Source of the DNA: a virus
Virus genome (UHGV): UHGV-0144289
Strand: one strand, 5' to 3'
Length of the DNA stretch: 35,479 nucleotides
Below the pieces are notes generated by a model. The model was given only the letters and a program-made list of their open reading frames with translations. It ran no database searches and had not been told where the DNA came from. The translations under genes were made by a program, and so were the position numbers. Shown one piece after another: positions 23,321-34,020 of the stretch (position 1 is its first letter; each line of letters opens with the position of its first letter).

Positions 23321-26032
23321 GTGAGAATTCCAACGGGTAATTTTGGTAATGTGACACCGCAGGCACAGCAGACGCGTGTCGCTGTTAGCAATGTAGGCAC
23401 TATAGGCAATGCGGTGTCTGGTTTTGGGACCGCTACAGGGCAGGTAGCAGAACAAGTACAGCATGAGCAGGATAAAGCCGATGTGGCAGCCACGCAGGCG
23501 ATTCTGACTGATCTGGAAGCTAAATCTAATGACCGCTGGGAAAACCCGGAGACGGGCGCCACGGTCACTCGTCAGGGCTTTAAATCGTCCGGTGTGGTAA
23601 CCGATATGGATAAGGCCGACGCTGGCGATTACGAGGAAGCGCGGAAGCGCGTACCGCCCAACCAGTTAAACTATTTTGATGCGCAGTGGAAAGCAGGGCA
23701 GGTACGCCGGACAAGTACCTACAGCGGTTTCGAGCGTGCACAGACGGATGAGGCCCAGCGGCAGCAGCTTAATGCGACGGTGACCACTTCCGTCGAACAA
23801 GAGGCCAGCGCATACGATAATCCGATGCAGGCAGGGCTGATACGTAGCGCCCGTAAACACTCGATCGAGATGTATGGCCAGGCGCGTGGCTGGCCGCAGG
23901 AGCGCATCGACGCGGCGGTATCAGAAGCGAACCAAAAAGCGCTGGAGCAGCGCGCGCAGAACTACGCGGTAACCAATCCCACTGGCTGGCTGAATGGCGA
24001 TTTTACGTTGATTAACAGCAGCACCGGCGAACTCGATATGCGCGCCGTTGGCCTGGTGGAGTCCGGTGGTAAGCACCGCAATGCGGATGGTAGTCTTGTT
24101 ACATCGCCCGCTGGCGCGCAGGGTGAATTTCAGTTGATGCCGGACACAGGGAAAGAACTGGCGGCTAAACGTGGCGTGGAATACAACCCGGACGATCCTG
24201 TGCAGCATGCGCAGCTGGCGCGTGATTATGCCGGGCAGCTCAGTAAAAAATACCAGTCAGAACCACTGGCCGGGGCCGCGTATAACTGGGGGATGGGTAA
24301 CGTCGATAAACTGATCGCCAAAGTGGGCGACCCGCGCAAAGGCGAAATCTCGATGGCGGATTTCGTTAAGCAGCTACCCGCAGAAACGCGCGGTTGGTTG
24401 TCCCGCTACAACAAAAATAAAACCGGTCTCGACCCGGTAGCAGTAAACAAAATCGACAATATCGCCGAAGCGCAGATCCGGCAGCAGCGTACGGCGCTGC
24501 GCCAGCAGATTGACCCGATTCTCAATAATACAATGGCGCAGCTGTATAACGGCGAGGTGCCGGATGCTATGCCGAACGCCTCCACCATTTTGTTTGCGTA
24601 TGGTGAGCAGGGGCAAACAGCGGTCAAGCAGCTGGATATCGCGATTGATAACGCCAGAACCTTCCAGGCTATTCAGTACGCCACCCCGGCAGAACAGCAG
24701 GCCGAACTGGCGAAGGTGAAGCCGCAGGCAAACGATCCCGATTTTGCGCTAAAACTTGATGCACACGGCAAACTTAGCGCGCTGGTGCAGAAGAGCAACG
24801 CCAATATTCAGGCGCAGCGCGACTCCGCCCGCTTTAACGATGCGCTGCTCTCCGGCGAGAAACTCGACCCGAGCAATAAATCTATGCAGAGGGCGGCGGA
24901 CAATACGCCATCGGCGCTTAATTTCCGCATTAACGATGCAACCACCCACGATGCTATCGTACAGCAGGTAAACCAGACCGGCATTGTTCCGTCGCAGGTA
25001 ACATCACAGCTCAATGCTATTTCCCGCTCCAGTAGCTCAGATGTAGTGAAGCAAGGCGCTGAAATATTCAATAGGCTTTACGACTCTAAATCTTCTAACG
25101 TCAGTGATATGCCAAAAGATATACAAAGTTTTTATCTGACAATTAAGCAATTGACCGAAGCTGGTATGGCTTCTGATGAGGCAGTGAAACAGGCACAGAA
25201 TATAACCTATAACCAGAACGATGCATTAAAAAATCAGTTAACTTCGACGCAGAGCACTAAAGAATATAAAAGCGAGCGAGATAGTGCTATGGATTCAGCT
25301 CGAAATAGTATGGCTCAGTGGTTCAGAATTGATCCAAAGGCAAGCGATACAACAACTGATGCAGTTAATTTTCGAAATGACTACCAGTCCCTTTACGATA
25401 TCAACTATCGAAATTCTGGTGGGAATTCTGAAATTGCCAAAAAAATGACCAACACTCAAATCTCTCGTAACTGGAGCATTAGCGAAGTGAACGGCAAGGC
25501 CCAGTTCATGAAATATGCACCAGAAGCACTATATAACTTTGGTCCGTCAGGTTGGCAGGCTGAACTGTGGAAAGAAAAAAAAGAGGAACTAATGTATGGC
25601 GAGCGTAATGAGGAGATCTCTACCAGCCCAACGCAGTTAGGAATCACGTCAGGAACTGCAACAAATATTATCTCAAACACCCCCGAGTCTAAAGTTGGTG
25701 GTGAATTGGAAATTGTGCCTGATGTATATACTCCAAGAATTAAAGATTATGCAATTTGGATTCGCTTTAAGGATAAAGATGGTAATGAAAAGGCACAGCC
25801 TTATAACGACAAATTTGGTAGGCAAATGCGGTGGAGGCCATCCCTAGAGGAATGGGGGCCTTACCAGAAAATGCAGAAGGAACGAGAGCAGAAAGAACAG
25901 GATGAAATTTCGCGCGGAAAAGATATTCGCGGATTTAAAGCGAAACATCGAGCATTGGATGAGCAGTACCAGCGTTTGCATGATGAGCGACTTGAACGTA
26001 CGAAAAATTATTTTTCATGGAGTAATGAATAA
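23321..26032 (+). CDS. Internal virion / ejection protein with lytic transglycosylase domain
   Basis: 903 aa; transglycosylase-like motif GLVESGGKHRNADGSLVTSPAGAQGEFQLMPDTG around nt 24050-24180, as in the N-terminal domain of T7 gp16. Confidence 0.65.
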   Translation: MRIPTGNFGNVTPQAQQTRVAVSNVGTIGNAVSGFGTATGQVAEQVQHEQDKADVAATQAILTDLEAKSNDRWENPETGATVTRQGFKSSGVVTDMDKADAGDYEEARKRVPPNQLNYFDAQWKAGQVRRTSTYSGFERAQTDEAQRQQLNATVTTSVEQEASAYDNPMQAGLIRSARKHSIEMYGQARGWPQERIDAAVSEANQKALEQRAQNYAVTNPTGWLNGDFTLINSSTGELDMRAVGLVESGGKHRNADGSLVTSPAGAQGEFQLMPDTGKELAAKRGVEYNPDDPVQHAQLARDYAGQLSKKYQSEPLAGAAYNWGMGNVDKLIAKVGDPRKGEISMADFVKQLPAETRGWLSRYNKNKTGLDPVAVNKIDNIAEAQIRQQRTALRQQIDPILNNTMAQLYNGEVPDAMPNASTILFAYGEQGQTAVKQLDIAIDNARTFQAIQYATPAEQQAELAKVKPQANDPDFALKLDAHGKLSALVQKSNANIQAQRDSARFNDALLSGEKLDPSNKSMQRAADNTPSALNFRINDATTHDAIVQQVNQTGIVPSQVTSQLNAISRSSSSDVVKQGAEIFNRLYDSKSSNVSDMPKDIQSFYLTIKQLTEAGMASDEAVKQAQNITYNQNDALKNQLTSTQSTKEYKSERDSAMDSARNSMAQWFRIDPKASDTTTDAVNFRNDYQSLYDINYRNSGGNSEIAKKMTNTQISRNWSISEVNGKAQFMKYAPEALYNFGPSGWQAELWKEKKEELMYGERNEEISTSPTQLGITSGTATNIISNTPESKVGGELEIVPDVYTPRIKDYAIWIRFKDKDGNEKAQPYNDKFGRQMRWRPSLEEWGPYQKMQKEREQKEQDEISRGKDIRGFKAKHRALDEQYQRLHDERLERTKNYFSWSNE

Positions 26033-28935
26033 TGCCAATTTACCCCACACCCAGCGAATTCAGTAATGGTTATATACCTGCTGGTAGCGCCCTGGATGCC
26101 CCAGTAGGGTTCGATATTGATTTACCTGAAGGTGCAAACCCGGAACCTCAACCGCCACAACCGTCCGTATGGAGCGCTGCATTCCGACAGAATAACCTAC
26201 TAGCAGGGATTTTTCGGCCTGCAAAACAATTTGAACCGGCTGAAGGGTATAACCCTTACGCTGATAAGAATGAAATTCACGGCTATGAGCAATGGGGATC
26301 TGCTTTCGCAGATTCTCAGTCACCAGAAGAAACAGCCTGGATTAAAAACCAGATTGACGATGAAAACGAAGACCGCCGTGTACTGTCCGAGGCTGGCACA
26401 GAGGGAACTTTAGCCAGTATCGCTGCTGGGGCTATCGATCCTGTCACGGTGGCTTCGATGTTCATCCCCGGCGCCCAGGGAACTCTGGTTGCGCGCATTG
26501 GTTCGCAGGTTGCTATCGGTGCTGCTGGTACCGCGCTTAGCGAGGTTGTGCTCAACAACGAACAGTATACCAGAACAGCCAGGGAGAGTGCCGCGCATAT
26601 CACAGCCGGCGCACTTCTCAGCGGTGTATTTGCTACTGCTGGCGCTATGATCACCCCATCGGTAAGAAATGCGGCAACCCGGGAAGTAGCCGAGGCGCTC
26701 GATAATATGAATGCCTCGCCAACGATTAATAACGCAGCCGACGCCCTGGCGGATACTTTACCGAACGGTGGCAGCGTCGGCGCTATGCGTATTCGCGAGG
26801 CGACGCTGGAAGACCTCACGCCAGTGTCCGGCGGCCCGCTCGGCAAGCTGGCTAAAAAGGCCGGTAGCTATCTGACGCCGATCACCCGCCTGATGGAATC
26901 CCCATCAAAAGAAGCGCGCCGGACAGCGCTGGAGCTGGCGGAGAATAACTTCACGCTGGAAGGCAACCTGCGCGGTATCGAAACTCCGGTAGCTGCCGAG
27001 ACGCGCGTACGTGGCTGGCGCCGCGAAGAGGCGGCCGTCGTTACTGCTAATAAGCAGGCATACACCCAGTATAAAGCCGAGGGCGGCGATCTGGGTTATA
27101 CGGCCTTCCGTGAACAGGTTGGTGAGGCGCTGCGTAACGGCGACGTGCACGTTAATGCGAAAGTGCAGGAAGCGGCGCAGGCAATGCGTACGGTCATTAA
27201 CCGCGTGAAGACAGCCCAGCAGGAACTGGGCTTACTCCCGCCGGATGCCGAATTGAAAGCGATGGGGCAGACCAGCTATTTCCCGCGCGTGTACAAGGTG
27301 GGGAAAATCGTTAGCGAGCGCGATAAATTCCGCAATATGCTGGTTGACTGGTGGTCACGCGGTGAGAAAACCATGTCCCGCGAAGATGCCGAAATCGCCG
27401 CCGATACCACTATTAACCGTATTGTCGGGGCCAAAATTCCGCAGGAGTTCGCCAACGTCTTTATGGTGAAAGCGCCGGGTAGCACTAAATCGCGTACGTT
27501 GAGTGTTCCCGATCGTCTGATGAAAGACTATCTGGAGAGCGATGCAAATTACGTCCTGCAGCGTCATATCCGCGAAGCCTCAGCGGAGATCGAATTAACC
27601 CGCACCTTTGGCAACAAATCGCTGGATTCGCAGCTTGCCGCCATCCAGGACGAATACGACGCGCTGATGCGTTTACGCCCGGCAGAACAGGAAAAGCTGG
27701 CGAAGGCGCGCGAAGCCGACCTGCGCGATATTCTGGCGCTCCGCGATCGCCTCGTTGGAACCTACGGTATGCCGGATGATCCATCATCATTTTTCGTTCG
27801 CGCCGGTGCTTTCCTGCGTAGTGCCAACTTTGTAACGAAACTCGGTGGCATGACGGTATCCGCTATTCCGGATCTGGCGCGCGGCATGATGGTTAACGGC
27901 TTCAGCAATACCATGCGTGGATATGGCGCGCTGATCACTCGATCACCGGCTTACCTCGCCAGCCGGGCGGAGCAGAAGAAAATGGCTGTAGGGCTGGAAA
28001 CTATTCTTCAAACCCGCTCGCGTACGATGGGCGATCTGGTGGATAGCTCTTCGCGCACCACTGCGATCGAAGCGGGCATGGAGCGCATTACCGATGTGTT
28101 CGGCAAGCTGACCATGATGGGCCACTTTGACGACATGAACAAATCGGTAAATGGCATGATTACTTCAGACGGTATTTTGTCAGGTGCGTTCCCGGCGAAA
28201 CGTCTGGCTAAGCTCGGCATCAATGACAAAATGGCCGAACGCATCCAGAAAGAGTTTCAGAAGCACGGCGAAGTCATTCAGGGCTGGCATATCGGCAATT
28301 TCGAAAAATGGGATGACCAGTACGCCGCCGGCTTGCTGCAATCTGCGGTACTGAAAGACGTAAACAATACCGTTATCACGCCGGGTATCGGTGATACGCC
28401 GCTATGGGCCAGTACCCCGCTGGGGAAAACTGTATTCCAGTTTAAGTCTTTTGCTACGGCATCCTATAACCGCGCGACGCTCGGTGGCCTGCAGGAAGGT
28501 ACCGCGCAATTCTATTACGGTACCGCCTTCCAGATTGGCCTGGGCTCATTGACCTATGCGCTTAAGCAGGCGGCTAACGGTCGCGAGGTTGATTTGACGC
28601 CGCAGAAGATGGTACTAGAGGGTATCGACCGTTCGGGTATCCTCGGCCCGCTGATGGAATACAACAACATGGCGGAAAAGGCATCTGGCGGCATGATAGG
28701 ACTTGGGCCATTGCTCGGCACCGGTACGCAATCCCGTTATGCCAGCCGCGGCTTTATCGGTTCTGCTCTGGGGCCAACCTTTGGCCTGCTGGATACTGTA
28801 ACCGATGTGACCGCTGGCGTGCTGAATGGCGACGCTGGAGACCGGGTCCTGCATAGCGCGCGAACGCTGTTACCGGGCAATAACCTGTTCTGGATCGCGC
28901 CGCTGATTAACCAGGTCGATCCCGGTATGCGTTGA
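26032..28935 (+). CDS. Large internal virion / DNA ejection protein
   Basis: 967 aa; position and size consistent with T7 gp15/gp16-type core proteins. Confidence 0.55.
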   Translation: MPIYPTPSEFSNGYIPAGSALDAPVGFDIDLPEGANPEPQPPQPSVWSAAFRQNNLLAGIFRPAKQFEPAEGYNPYADKNEIHGYEQWGSAFADSQSPEETAWIKNQIDDENEDRRVLSEAGTEGTLASIAAGAIDPVTVASMFIPGAQGTLVARIGSQVAIGAAGTALSEVVLNNEQYTRTARESAAHITAGALLSGVFATAGAMITPSVRNAATREVAEALDNMNASPTINNAADALADTLPNGGSVGAMRIREATLEDLTPVSGGPLGKLAKKAGSYLTPITRLMESPSKEARRTALELAENNFTLEGNLRGIETPVAAETRVRGWRREEAAVVTANKQAYTQYKAEGGDLGYTAFREQVGEALRNGDVHVNAKVQEAAQAMRTVINRVKTAQQELGLLPPDAELKAMGQTSYFPRVYKVGKIVSERDKFRNMLVDWWSRGEKTMSREDAEIAADTTINRIVGAKIPQEFANVFMVKAPGSTKSRTLSVPDRLMKDYLESDANYVLQRHIREASAEIELTRTFGNKSLDSQLAAIQDEYDALMRLRPAEQEKLAKAREADLRDILALRDRLVGTYGMPDDPSSFFVRAGAFLRSANFVTKLGGMTVSAIPDLARGMMVNGFSNTMRGYGALITRSPAYLASRAEQKKMAVGLETILQTRSRTMGDLVDSSSRTTAIEAGMERITDVFGKLTMMGHFDDMNKSVNGMITSDGILSGAFPAKRLAKLGINDKMAERIQKEFQKHGEVIQGWHIGNFEKWDDQYAAGLLQSAVLKDVNNTVITPGIGDTPLWASTPLGKTVFQFKSFATASYNRATLGGLQEGTAQFYYGTAFQIGLGSLTYALKQAANGREVDLTPQKMVLEGIDRSGILGPLMEYNNMAEKASGGMIGLGPLLGTGTQSRYASRGFIGSALGPTFGLLDTVTDVTAGVLNGDAGDRVLHSARTLLPGNNLFWIAPLINQVDPGMR

Positions 28936-28939
28936 TAGC

Positions 28940-29374
28940 CTAGTTACACGAACTAACAGTAACTGCATTGAAGAATGTTCCGGAGGGGTAGGTGTAAACA
29001 TATTGCATCTCCCCACCTAATCTAATGAATGAACCCAGTGGATTTTTATTCGTGCATAACCCATTTTTTGTTATTTCATCCATTCGAGATTTAGCAACGT
29101 CGATTGAAGTATGGGTCTCTGAAGCGGTAGCCAGCATTTCTTCTTCGGTTACGCCTAGCCTTACCTGCGCGATTATTTTGTTTCCATCAGCAGAAACATC
29201 TTTCATTATTACGTTTTCTGATAACGTTAAGGGCAGTCTGGGGCGTACCTGAGTGACGATTTTCTGAGCCTGTTCGCATACATCAAACTCAGTTAAGTTT
29301 GGTTTACACTTATCTGCTGCGAATGCCGGATGTGAGATCATTACTAATATCGAAATTAGACCAATTTTTTTCAT
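28940..29374 (-). CDS. Secreted protein of unknown function (moron, opposite strand)
   Basis: 144 aa; N-terminal signal peptide MKKIGLISILVMISHPAFA-AD; four Cys in the mature part; AT-rich; has its own A/T-rich promoter region at 29375-29460. Confidence 0.7.
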   Translation of the reverse strand: MKKIGLISILVMISHPAFAADKCKPNLTEFDVCEQAQKIVTQVRPRLPLTLSENVIMKDVSADGNKIIAQVRLGVTEEEMLATASETHTSIDVAKSRMDEITKNGLCTNKNPLGSFIRLGGEMQYVYTYPSGTFFNAVTVSSCN

Positions 29375-29463
29375 GAAAAATAAACGCCTTTAGCTGAGTG
29401 TTAGGTATAAGAAACATTTAACAAAAAACCATACAGCGATCAATTTTATAATTAGATTAGAAA

Positions 29464-29480
29464 TAGTCAGGATTCCGACC
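29464..29480. repeat. Late-region hairpin motif TAGTCAGGATTCCGACC, copy 2
   Basis: Same 17-mer at 34300-34316; preceded by a TATAAT-like element. Confidence 0.8.
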
Positions 29481-29527
29481 TCTAAGCCGACACATCATAG
29501 CCCTATGGATAAACACGGGGCTTTTTT

Positions 29528-29869
29528 ATGCATTCAGATTACAAAACTCGCCTTACTGCTCTTAGCGATAAGCTCACCGACGTAGTTCTGGAAGAAGCCG
29601 ATCCGGATAACTGGCCGGGGGCAGGGAAGGAAATCACAAAGCACACTAAACAGGAACGCGGTGATCGGTACTGGCATAAGAAGAACGCGGCCGCATCGCT
29701 GACGCTGCTGGTAAAAGTCCATTCGCTGATTGGCATGCATACGCGCGGGGGGACGCCTAAACCCGGCGAGGATCCGGACGATGAAGCATTCCGCCTGGGG
29801 CAACAGGTATCTGCGGCTGAACGGGCAGCACAGGAAGTTATCGAACGCATACAACAGCGGAAAAAATGA
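29528..29869 (+). CDS. Putative terminase small subunit
   Basis: 113 aa; immediately upstream of and overlapping the large-subunit gene by 4 nt; assignment by position only. Confidence 0.4.
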   Translation: MHSDYKTRLTALSDKLTDVVLEEADPDNWPGAGKEITKHTKQERGDRYWHKKNAAASLTLLVKVHSLIGMHTRGGTPKPGEDPDDEAFRLGQQVSAAERAAQEVIERIQQRKK

Positions 29870-31476
29870 TTTCATTCGTCGCCTTTTTCATCATATGGGC
29901 GGAGCGGATGGGGTGGGAGGTTCCCGACTGCCATTATCGAGCCTGCCACTGGTTGGAACACCGCGGGGATCTCGCGGTGCTTCGCTGTTTTCGTGGCTTT
30001 GGTAAATCTACCATTCTGGCGGTGTATAACGCATGGCGATATTACCAGAACCGCCAGTACCGCATTCTTCACCAGTCTGAAGCTGACGGCACCGCGTACA
30101 AAACCAGCCGCGATACGCAGAACGTTTTACGCAATCACCCACTGACCAAAGGCATGCTACCGGACGGACAGGGAACCGTTGAACAGTGGTGGGTTAACGG
30201 CTCTCTGGATATGCGTAACGGCAGCATGTACGCAAAGGGGATCCTCTCTAACGTTACCTCGGCCCGCGCTGATGAATGCCAGAACGATGACGTAGAAGTA
30301 CCCCGCAATATCCAGACGCCAGAGGCGCGGGAAAAGCTGCGTTATCGTCTCGGTGAACAGACACACATTCTTGTCCCCGGCGGGCGAAAGCTGTTTATCG
30401 GCACGCCGCATACCCACGATAGCCTTTACGATGAGGTTGAATCTATGGGCGCCGACTGTCTGACCATCAAACTATTCGGTAAAGAATTTAGAATCGAGGA
30501 AAAACAGGCCACTGCGAGCCGTTACTCGTTACCGTTCCGGCCGGAATATGTTTTCGTCGGTATTCACATTGGCGCGCGACTGCTCGTTGAAGGTGTTGAT
30601 TATCGTCTTAACGATGACGGTATCGAGTTTGCCGAGGCTCCCGGCACCACGGTTGACTGTTACGCCGATTGTGAATGGCCAGAAAGGTTCACTCCGGAGG
30701 AAATGACAAAGCGCCGTCGCGAGACTCGCACAATTAACGAATGGGACAGCCAGTACCAGCTGCACAGTAAACCGGTTGGCGAGGTTCGTCTCGATCCCGA
30801 CCGCATACGCGAATACAACGTACAGCCTGAAATCCGGTACGCGAACCGCTCCTGCTCGATGTGGCTTGGCCAGACGCAAATTGTTGGTGCTGTTGCCTGG
30901 TGGGATGTGGCCACCGGCAAAGTTAAGGCCGACGCCTCGGCGTTCTCTCTGATTTTCACCGACGCACGCGGGCATCTGTACTGGCATGTTTGCCAGGGGC
31001 TTACGGGCGAACTGGCGGAATTCGACGACAACGACAAAATCACCGGCGGTCAGGTGATGCAGATTAAAGAGCTGGTGCTTAAATACCAGATCCCGCTGGT
31101 CTGCGTCGAGGTGAACGGCCCGGGCAGCTTTGCCGGGAAATTGCTGATTCAGGCACTAAAGGGTACCGGCTGCGGCGTACGGGAAGAATTCAGCGTGACC
31201 AATAAACAAAAGCGCATCCTCGATGCATTCGAAGCGCCGCTGTCGTCGCGCTTCCTCTGGGCGCATACCGACGTGCTCGACGGCCCAATGTATGACCAGA
31301 TGCGCGACTTTAACCCGGCGCTGACTAATCAGCCAGATGACTTTATCGACTCTGGCTCTGGCGCAATCAGCTCAACACCAGTGCGCATTGGTAAATTGGT
31401 CGGGATTCCGACCGCACAGGCGCGGGAACATTGGCAACCAAATGATGGCGATCACATGGTCGCCGTAGATTACTAG
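29866..31476 (+). CDS. Terminase large subunit (T7 gp19-like)
   Basis: 536 aa; Walker A-like FRGFGKST in the N-terminal ATPase domain, acidic catalytic residues downstream; size matches T7-type terminases. Confidence 0.8.
   Translation: MISFVAFFIIWAERMGWEVPDCHYRACHWLEHRGDLAVLRCFRGFGKSTILAVYNAWRYYQNRQYRILHQSEADGTAYKTSRDTQNVLRNHPLTKGMLPDGQGTVEQWWVNGSLDMRNGSMYAKGILSNVTSARADECQNDDVEVPRNIQTPEAREKLRYRLGEQTHILVPGGRKLFIGTPHTHDSLYDEVESMGADCLTIKLFGKEFRIEEKQATASRYSLPFRPEYVFVGIHIGARLLVEGVDYRLNDDGIEFAEAPGTTVDCYADCEWPERFTPEEMTKRRRETRTINEWDSQYQLHSKPVGEVRLDPDRIREYNVQPEIRYANRSCSMWLGQTQIVGAVAWWDVATGKVKADASAFSLIFTDARGHLYWHVCQGLTGELAEFDDNDKITGGQVMQIKELVLKYQIPLVCVEVNGPGSFAGKLLIQALKGTGCGVREEFSVTNKQKRILDAFEAPLSSRFLWAHTDVLDGPMYDQMRDFNPALTNQPDDFIDSGSGAISSTPVRIGKLVGIPTAQAREHWQPNDGDHMVAVDY
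31398..31413. repeat. Late-region hairpin motif GGTCGGGATTCCGACC, copy 3 (inside the 3' end of the terminase gene)
   Basis: Part of an identical 20-mer shared with 18685-18704; ~80 nt upstream of the tail-fibre start. Confidence 0.8.
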
Positions 31477-31493
31477 CCGCCGGAGTTCCTCGT

Positions 31494-34013
31494 ATGTCGG
31501 TACCGAACCAGACACCCTATAACATCTATACCGCCAACGGGCTGACGACTGTCTTTGCCTATGAGTTTTACCTGATCAGCGCCAGCGATATTCAGGTCAC
31601 AATCAACGGCAACGAAGTAACGTCCGGCTATACAGTGTCTGGTGTGGGTAATACTGGCGGTGGCGAAGTTACTTTTCTGACCGCGCCGGCCAATGGCGCT
31701 ACAGTCATTTTTGAACGTGTAACGCCGACTTACAGGCTCACTGATTACCAGGACAACGGCGACCTGCTGGCCGATACAGTTAACAAAGATTTTGACCGTC
31801 TCTGGATGGCTATTCAGCGCGCGTTTATTTATCTCGGAGTGGCCCTAAGTCGCCCGCTGTTCGGCGGTGGACCTTTCAACGCTAACGGCTACCGGATAGC
31901 AAATCTGGCCGATCCAGTTAACGATCAGGATGCAGCTACTAAAAAATTTGTAATTGAAAATGGAAAAATTAATCTAGCTCGTACTCTACGCGTTCCGGAG
32001 TCTAGCATCACACCGTTACCTTCCATTGCAGAACGAAAAAATAAAATCGTTGCAATGGATAATAATGGCAATCCATTGATGGTATTGCCTTCGAGTGGAA
32101 GTGCAGCAGATGTAATGATTGAGTATGCCAAACCGACAGGTAGCGGGCATATAGGGGTTCTTACTGGAGGCACCGTTGAAGATGCAATAAAATACGTAAC
32201 CCCTGAAATGATAAGGATTAATGGTGAAAGATATATTCACGGCATCACTGCTGATGCAACTAAATTTCTACAGGCAGCTATAGATTACGGAAAAGCTAAT
32301 AACCTTCCGGTATATTTAACTAAAATGTATCCGTGCATATCTTCACCGATAGAGTTTAATTTGCCATTCGACGATGGGACTGTATACCCAGGGTGGATAG
32401 GGAACGGTGATTCAAATATTGCTCCTGAAATACCAGTTAAGGCAAAAGCAGCACTGCGTGTTTATGATGATTCAATGATTGTTGGTGAAAACCAACACAA
32501 TTGTGGGATTATTGGTAATTTTTCAAAAACTGCGGGACCATGGGATCATACATCTTCCATGGGTCTATACATCGCAGGTGACAGCGGACCAGATCAATAC
32601 ATAAAGTATCACCTTTCTGATTTCAGGATTAGCGGATTCTTTATTGGGCAATGGGTAGACGGGACTGTAAACCGCTGTGTAGAAAATAATATGATGTACT
32701 CAGGGTGTGCCATTCCTGCTTGTTATCAAGGATCTGATTCTCTGGCGCAAACTGGGCTGACATTATATTGGTATAATATTACAGGCCCTGTTTTTGGCGG
32801 GCGCTGGCTAACGAGAAATCATGCATACGCGTCTCAGTACCTTCCGCCGTACCCGGCATCAGATATTCATCGGGCGGGATGGAATGATTCGTACCATGTA
32901 GACAAGTTTCATTATTATGGTGATACCGGCATGGACTGGACACATCCAGCATATGCCGCTCTTGACACTTGGTTTGATACGTATGTTTTCAAGTCTGCAA
33001 ACTGCTTGCCTACGGCCAGCGGTGGTCGGTTGTCAAATAATCAGCAGAATGGGGTTTACCCAGTTGATACCTATAGAGGTATAGCTGGGCGCGCAAGAAC
33101 TATTATTTCACTTCCGGGAAGGGAGATATTGCATTGCAATATTGGTGAGGCTAAAGTGCTGTGGTCTCCAAGAACGCCATTCTACCACTCTGCTCAATTC
33201 GTTGACGGATTTAAATCATATGTTGGTAACAGTAAAATAAGGACTCTTATACTGGAAAGGGTAGGAATCATCAAGTATGGCCTTGGTGATGTTGCTGGAA
33301 ATAGATTTAATGTTAATAATGTTGATCCCTACGAACCATCTCTTTCAACATTTCCAGCGATGGCAACAAGAGGAAATATTTTCGCCCTTGATATTGTAAA
33401 AGGTGGCGCGGTTCAGGCTGCCCCAGTTAATGAATTTAACGGCACAAGAATCGGTGCCGGTGAGAATATAGTTGCTCAAAGAAAGCTTGGAGATAATTCA
33501 AACTATCGTCTTTTCGGTCTTCAGGAGTTAAACGGAACAAATTTATCCGATAAGTATGTTTTTAATCGAAATGATGCCTATATGCCGCCAATAGCTTTTC
33601 CCGGTGGTAATGCTGCTCAGTTTAAGTATCTTTATGGCACATTCGCACCAACTATTACAATTGGCGGCGCAAGCGTAATACCATCATCCATTATTGGAAT
33701 TTACCGTCGGTTTGGTGATGTTGTTCGTTGCGATATAAGGGTCAGATCAACCTCTTTACTGGTTAGCACTGCGGGCGCCATAGTAATTAGTGGTCTTCCT
33801 TTTACAGCCGCTTCTATACAGGAGGGTGGGTCTAAAGGAAGCATAATTCTTAGTACGGCTACAGGGGTTTTAGTTATGCCGCTTGTTCCTGCTGGGACAA
33901 ATCAAATGACGATTATTAAATCGTCAGCCCAAGAAATATATTCTCAAGCAGCTGGTACTTTTGATTTCACTCTCCAGTGTACTTTTGATTATGTTGTTCC
34001 TTTTAATTCATGA
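31494..34013 (+). CDS. Tail fibre / tailspike: T7 gp17-like N-terminal adaptor fused to a large receptor-binding (probably polysaccharide-depolymerase-like) domain
   Basis: 839 aa; N-terminal ~150 aa resemble the T7 gp17 N-terminus (GYRIANLADPVNDQDAATKKFV versus T7 GRRIVNLANAVDDRDAVPFGQL, from memory); the remainder is AT-rich, Asn/Gly/Tyr-rich. Confidence 0.85.
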   Translation: MSVPNQTPYNIYTANGLTTVFAYEFYLISASDIQVTINGNEVTSGYTVSGVGNTGGGEVTFLTAPANGATVIFERVTPTYRLTDYQDNGDLLADTVNKDFDRLWMAIQRAFIYLGVALSRPLFGGGPFNANGYRIANLADPVNDQDAATKKFVIENGKINLARTLRVPESSITPLPSIAERKNKIVAMDNNGNPLMVLPSSGSAADVMIEYAKPTGSGHIGVLTGGTVEDAIKYVTPEMIRINGERYIHGITADATKFLQAAIDYGKANNLPVYLTKMYPCISSPIEFNLPFDDGTVYPGWIGNGDSNIAPEIPVKAKAALRVYDDSMIVGENQHNCGIIGNFSKTAGPWDHTSSMGLYIAGDSGPDQYIKYHLSDFRISGFFIGQWVDGTVNRCVENNMMYSGCAIPACYQGSDSLAQTGLTLYWYNITGPVFGGRWLTRNHAYASQYLPPYPASDIHRAGWNDSYHVDKFHYYGDTGMDWTHPAYAALDTWFDTYVFKSANCLPTASGGRLSNNQQNGVYPVDTYRGIAGRARTIISLPGREILHCNIGEAKVLWSPRTPFYHSAQFVDGFKSYVGNSKIRTLILERVGIIKYGLGDVAGNRFNVNNVDPYEPSLSTFPAMATRGNIFALDIVKGGAVQAAPVNEFNGTRIGAGENIVAQRKLGDNSNYRLFGLQELNGTNLSDKYVFNRNDAYMPPIAFPGGNAAQFKYLYGTFAPTITIGGASVIPSSIIGIYRRFGDVVRCDIRVRSTSLLVSTAGAIVISGLPFTAASIQEGGSKGSIILSTATGVLVMPLVPAGTNQMTIIKSSAQEIYSQAAGTFDFTLQCTFDYVVPFNS

Positions 34014-34020
34014 GGCAAAT

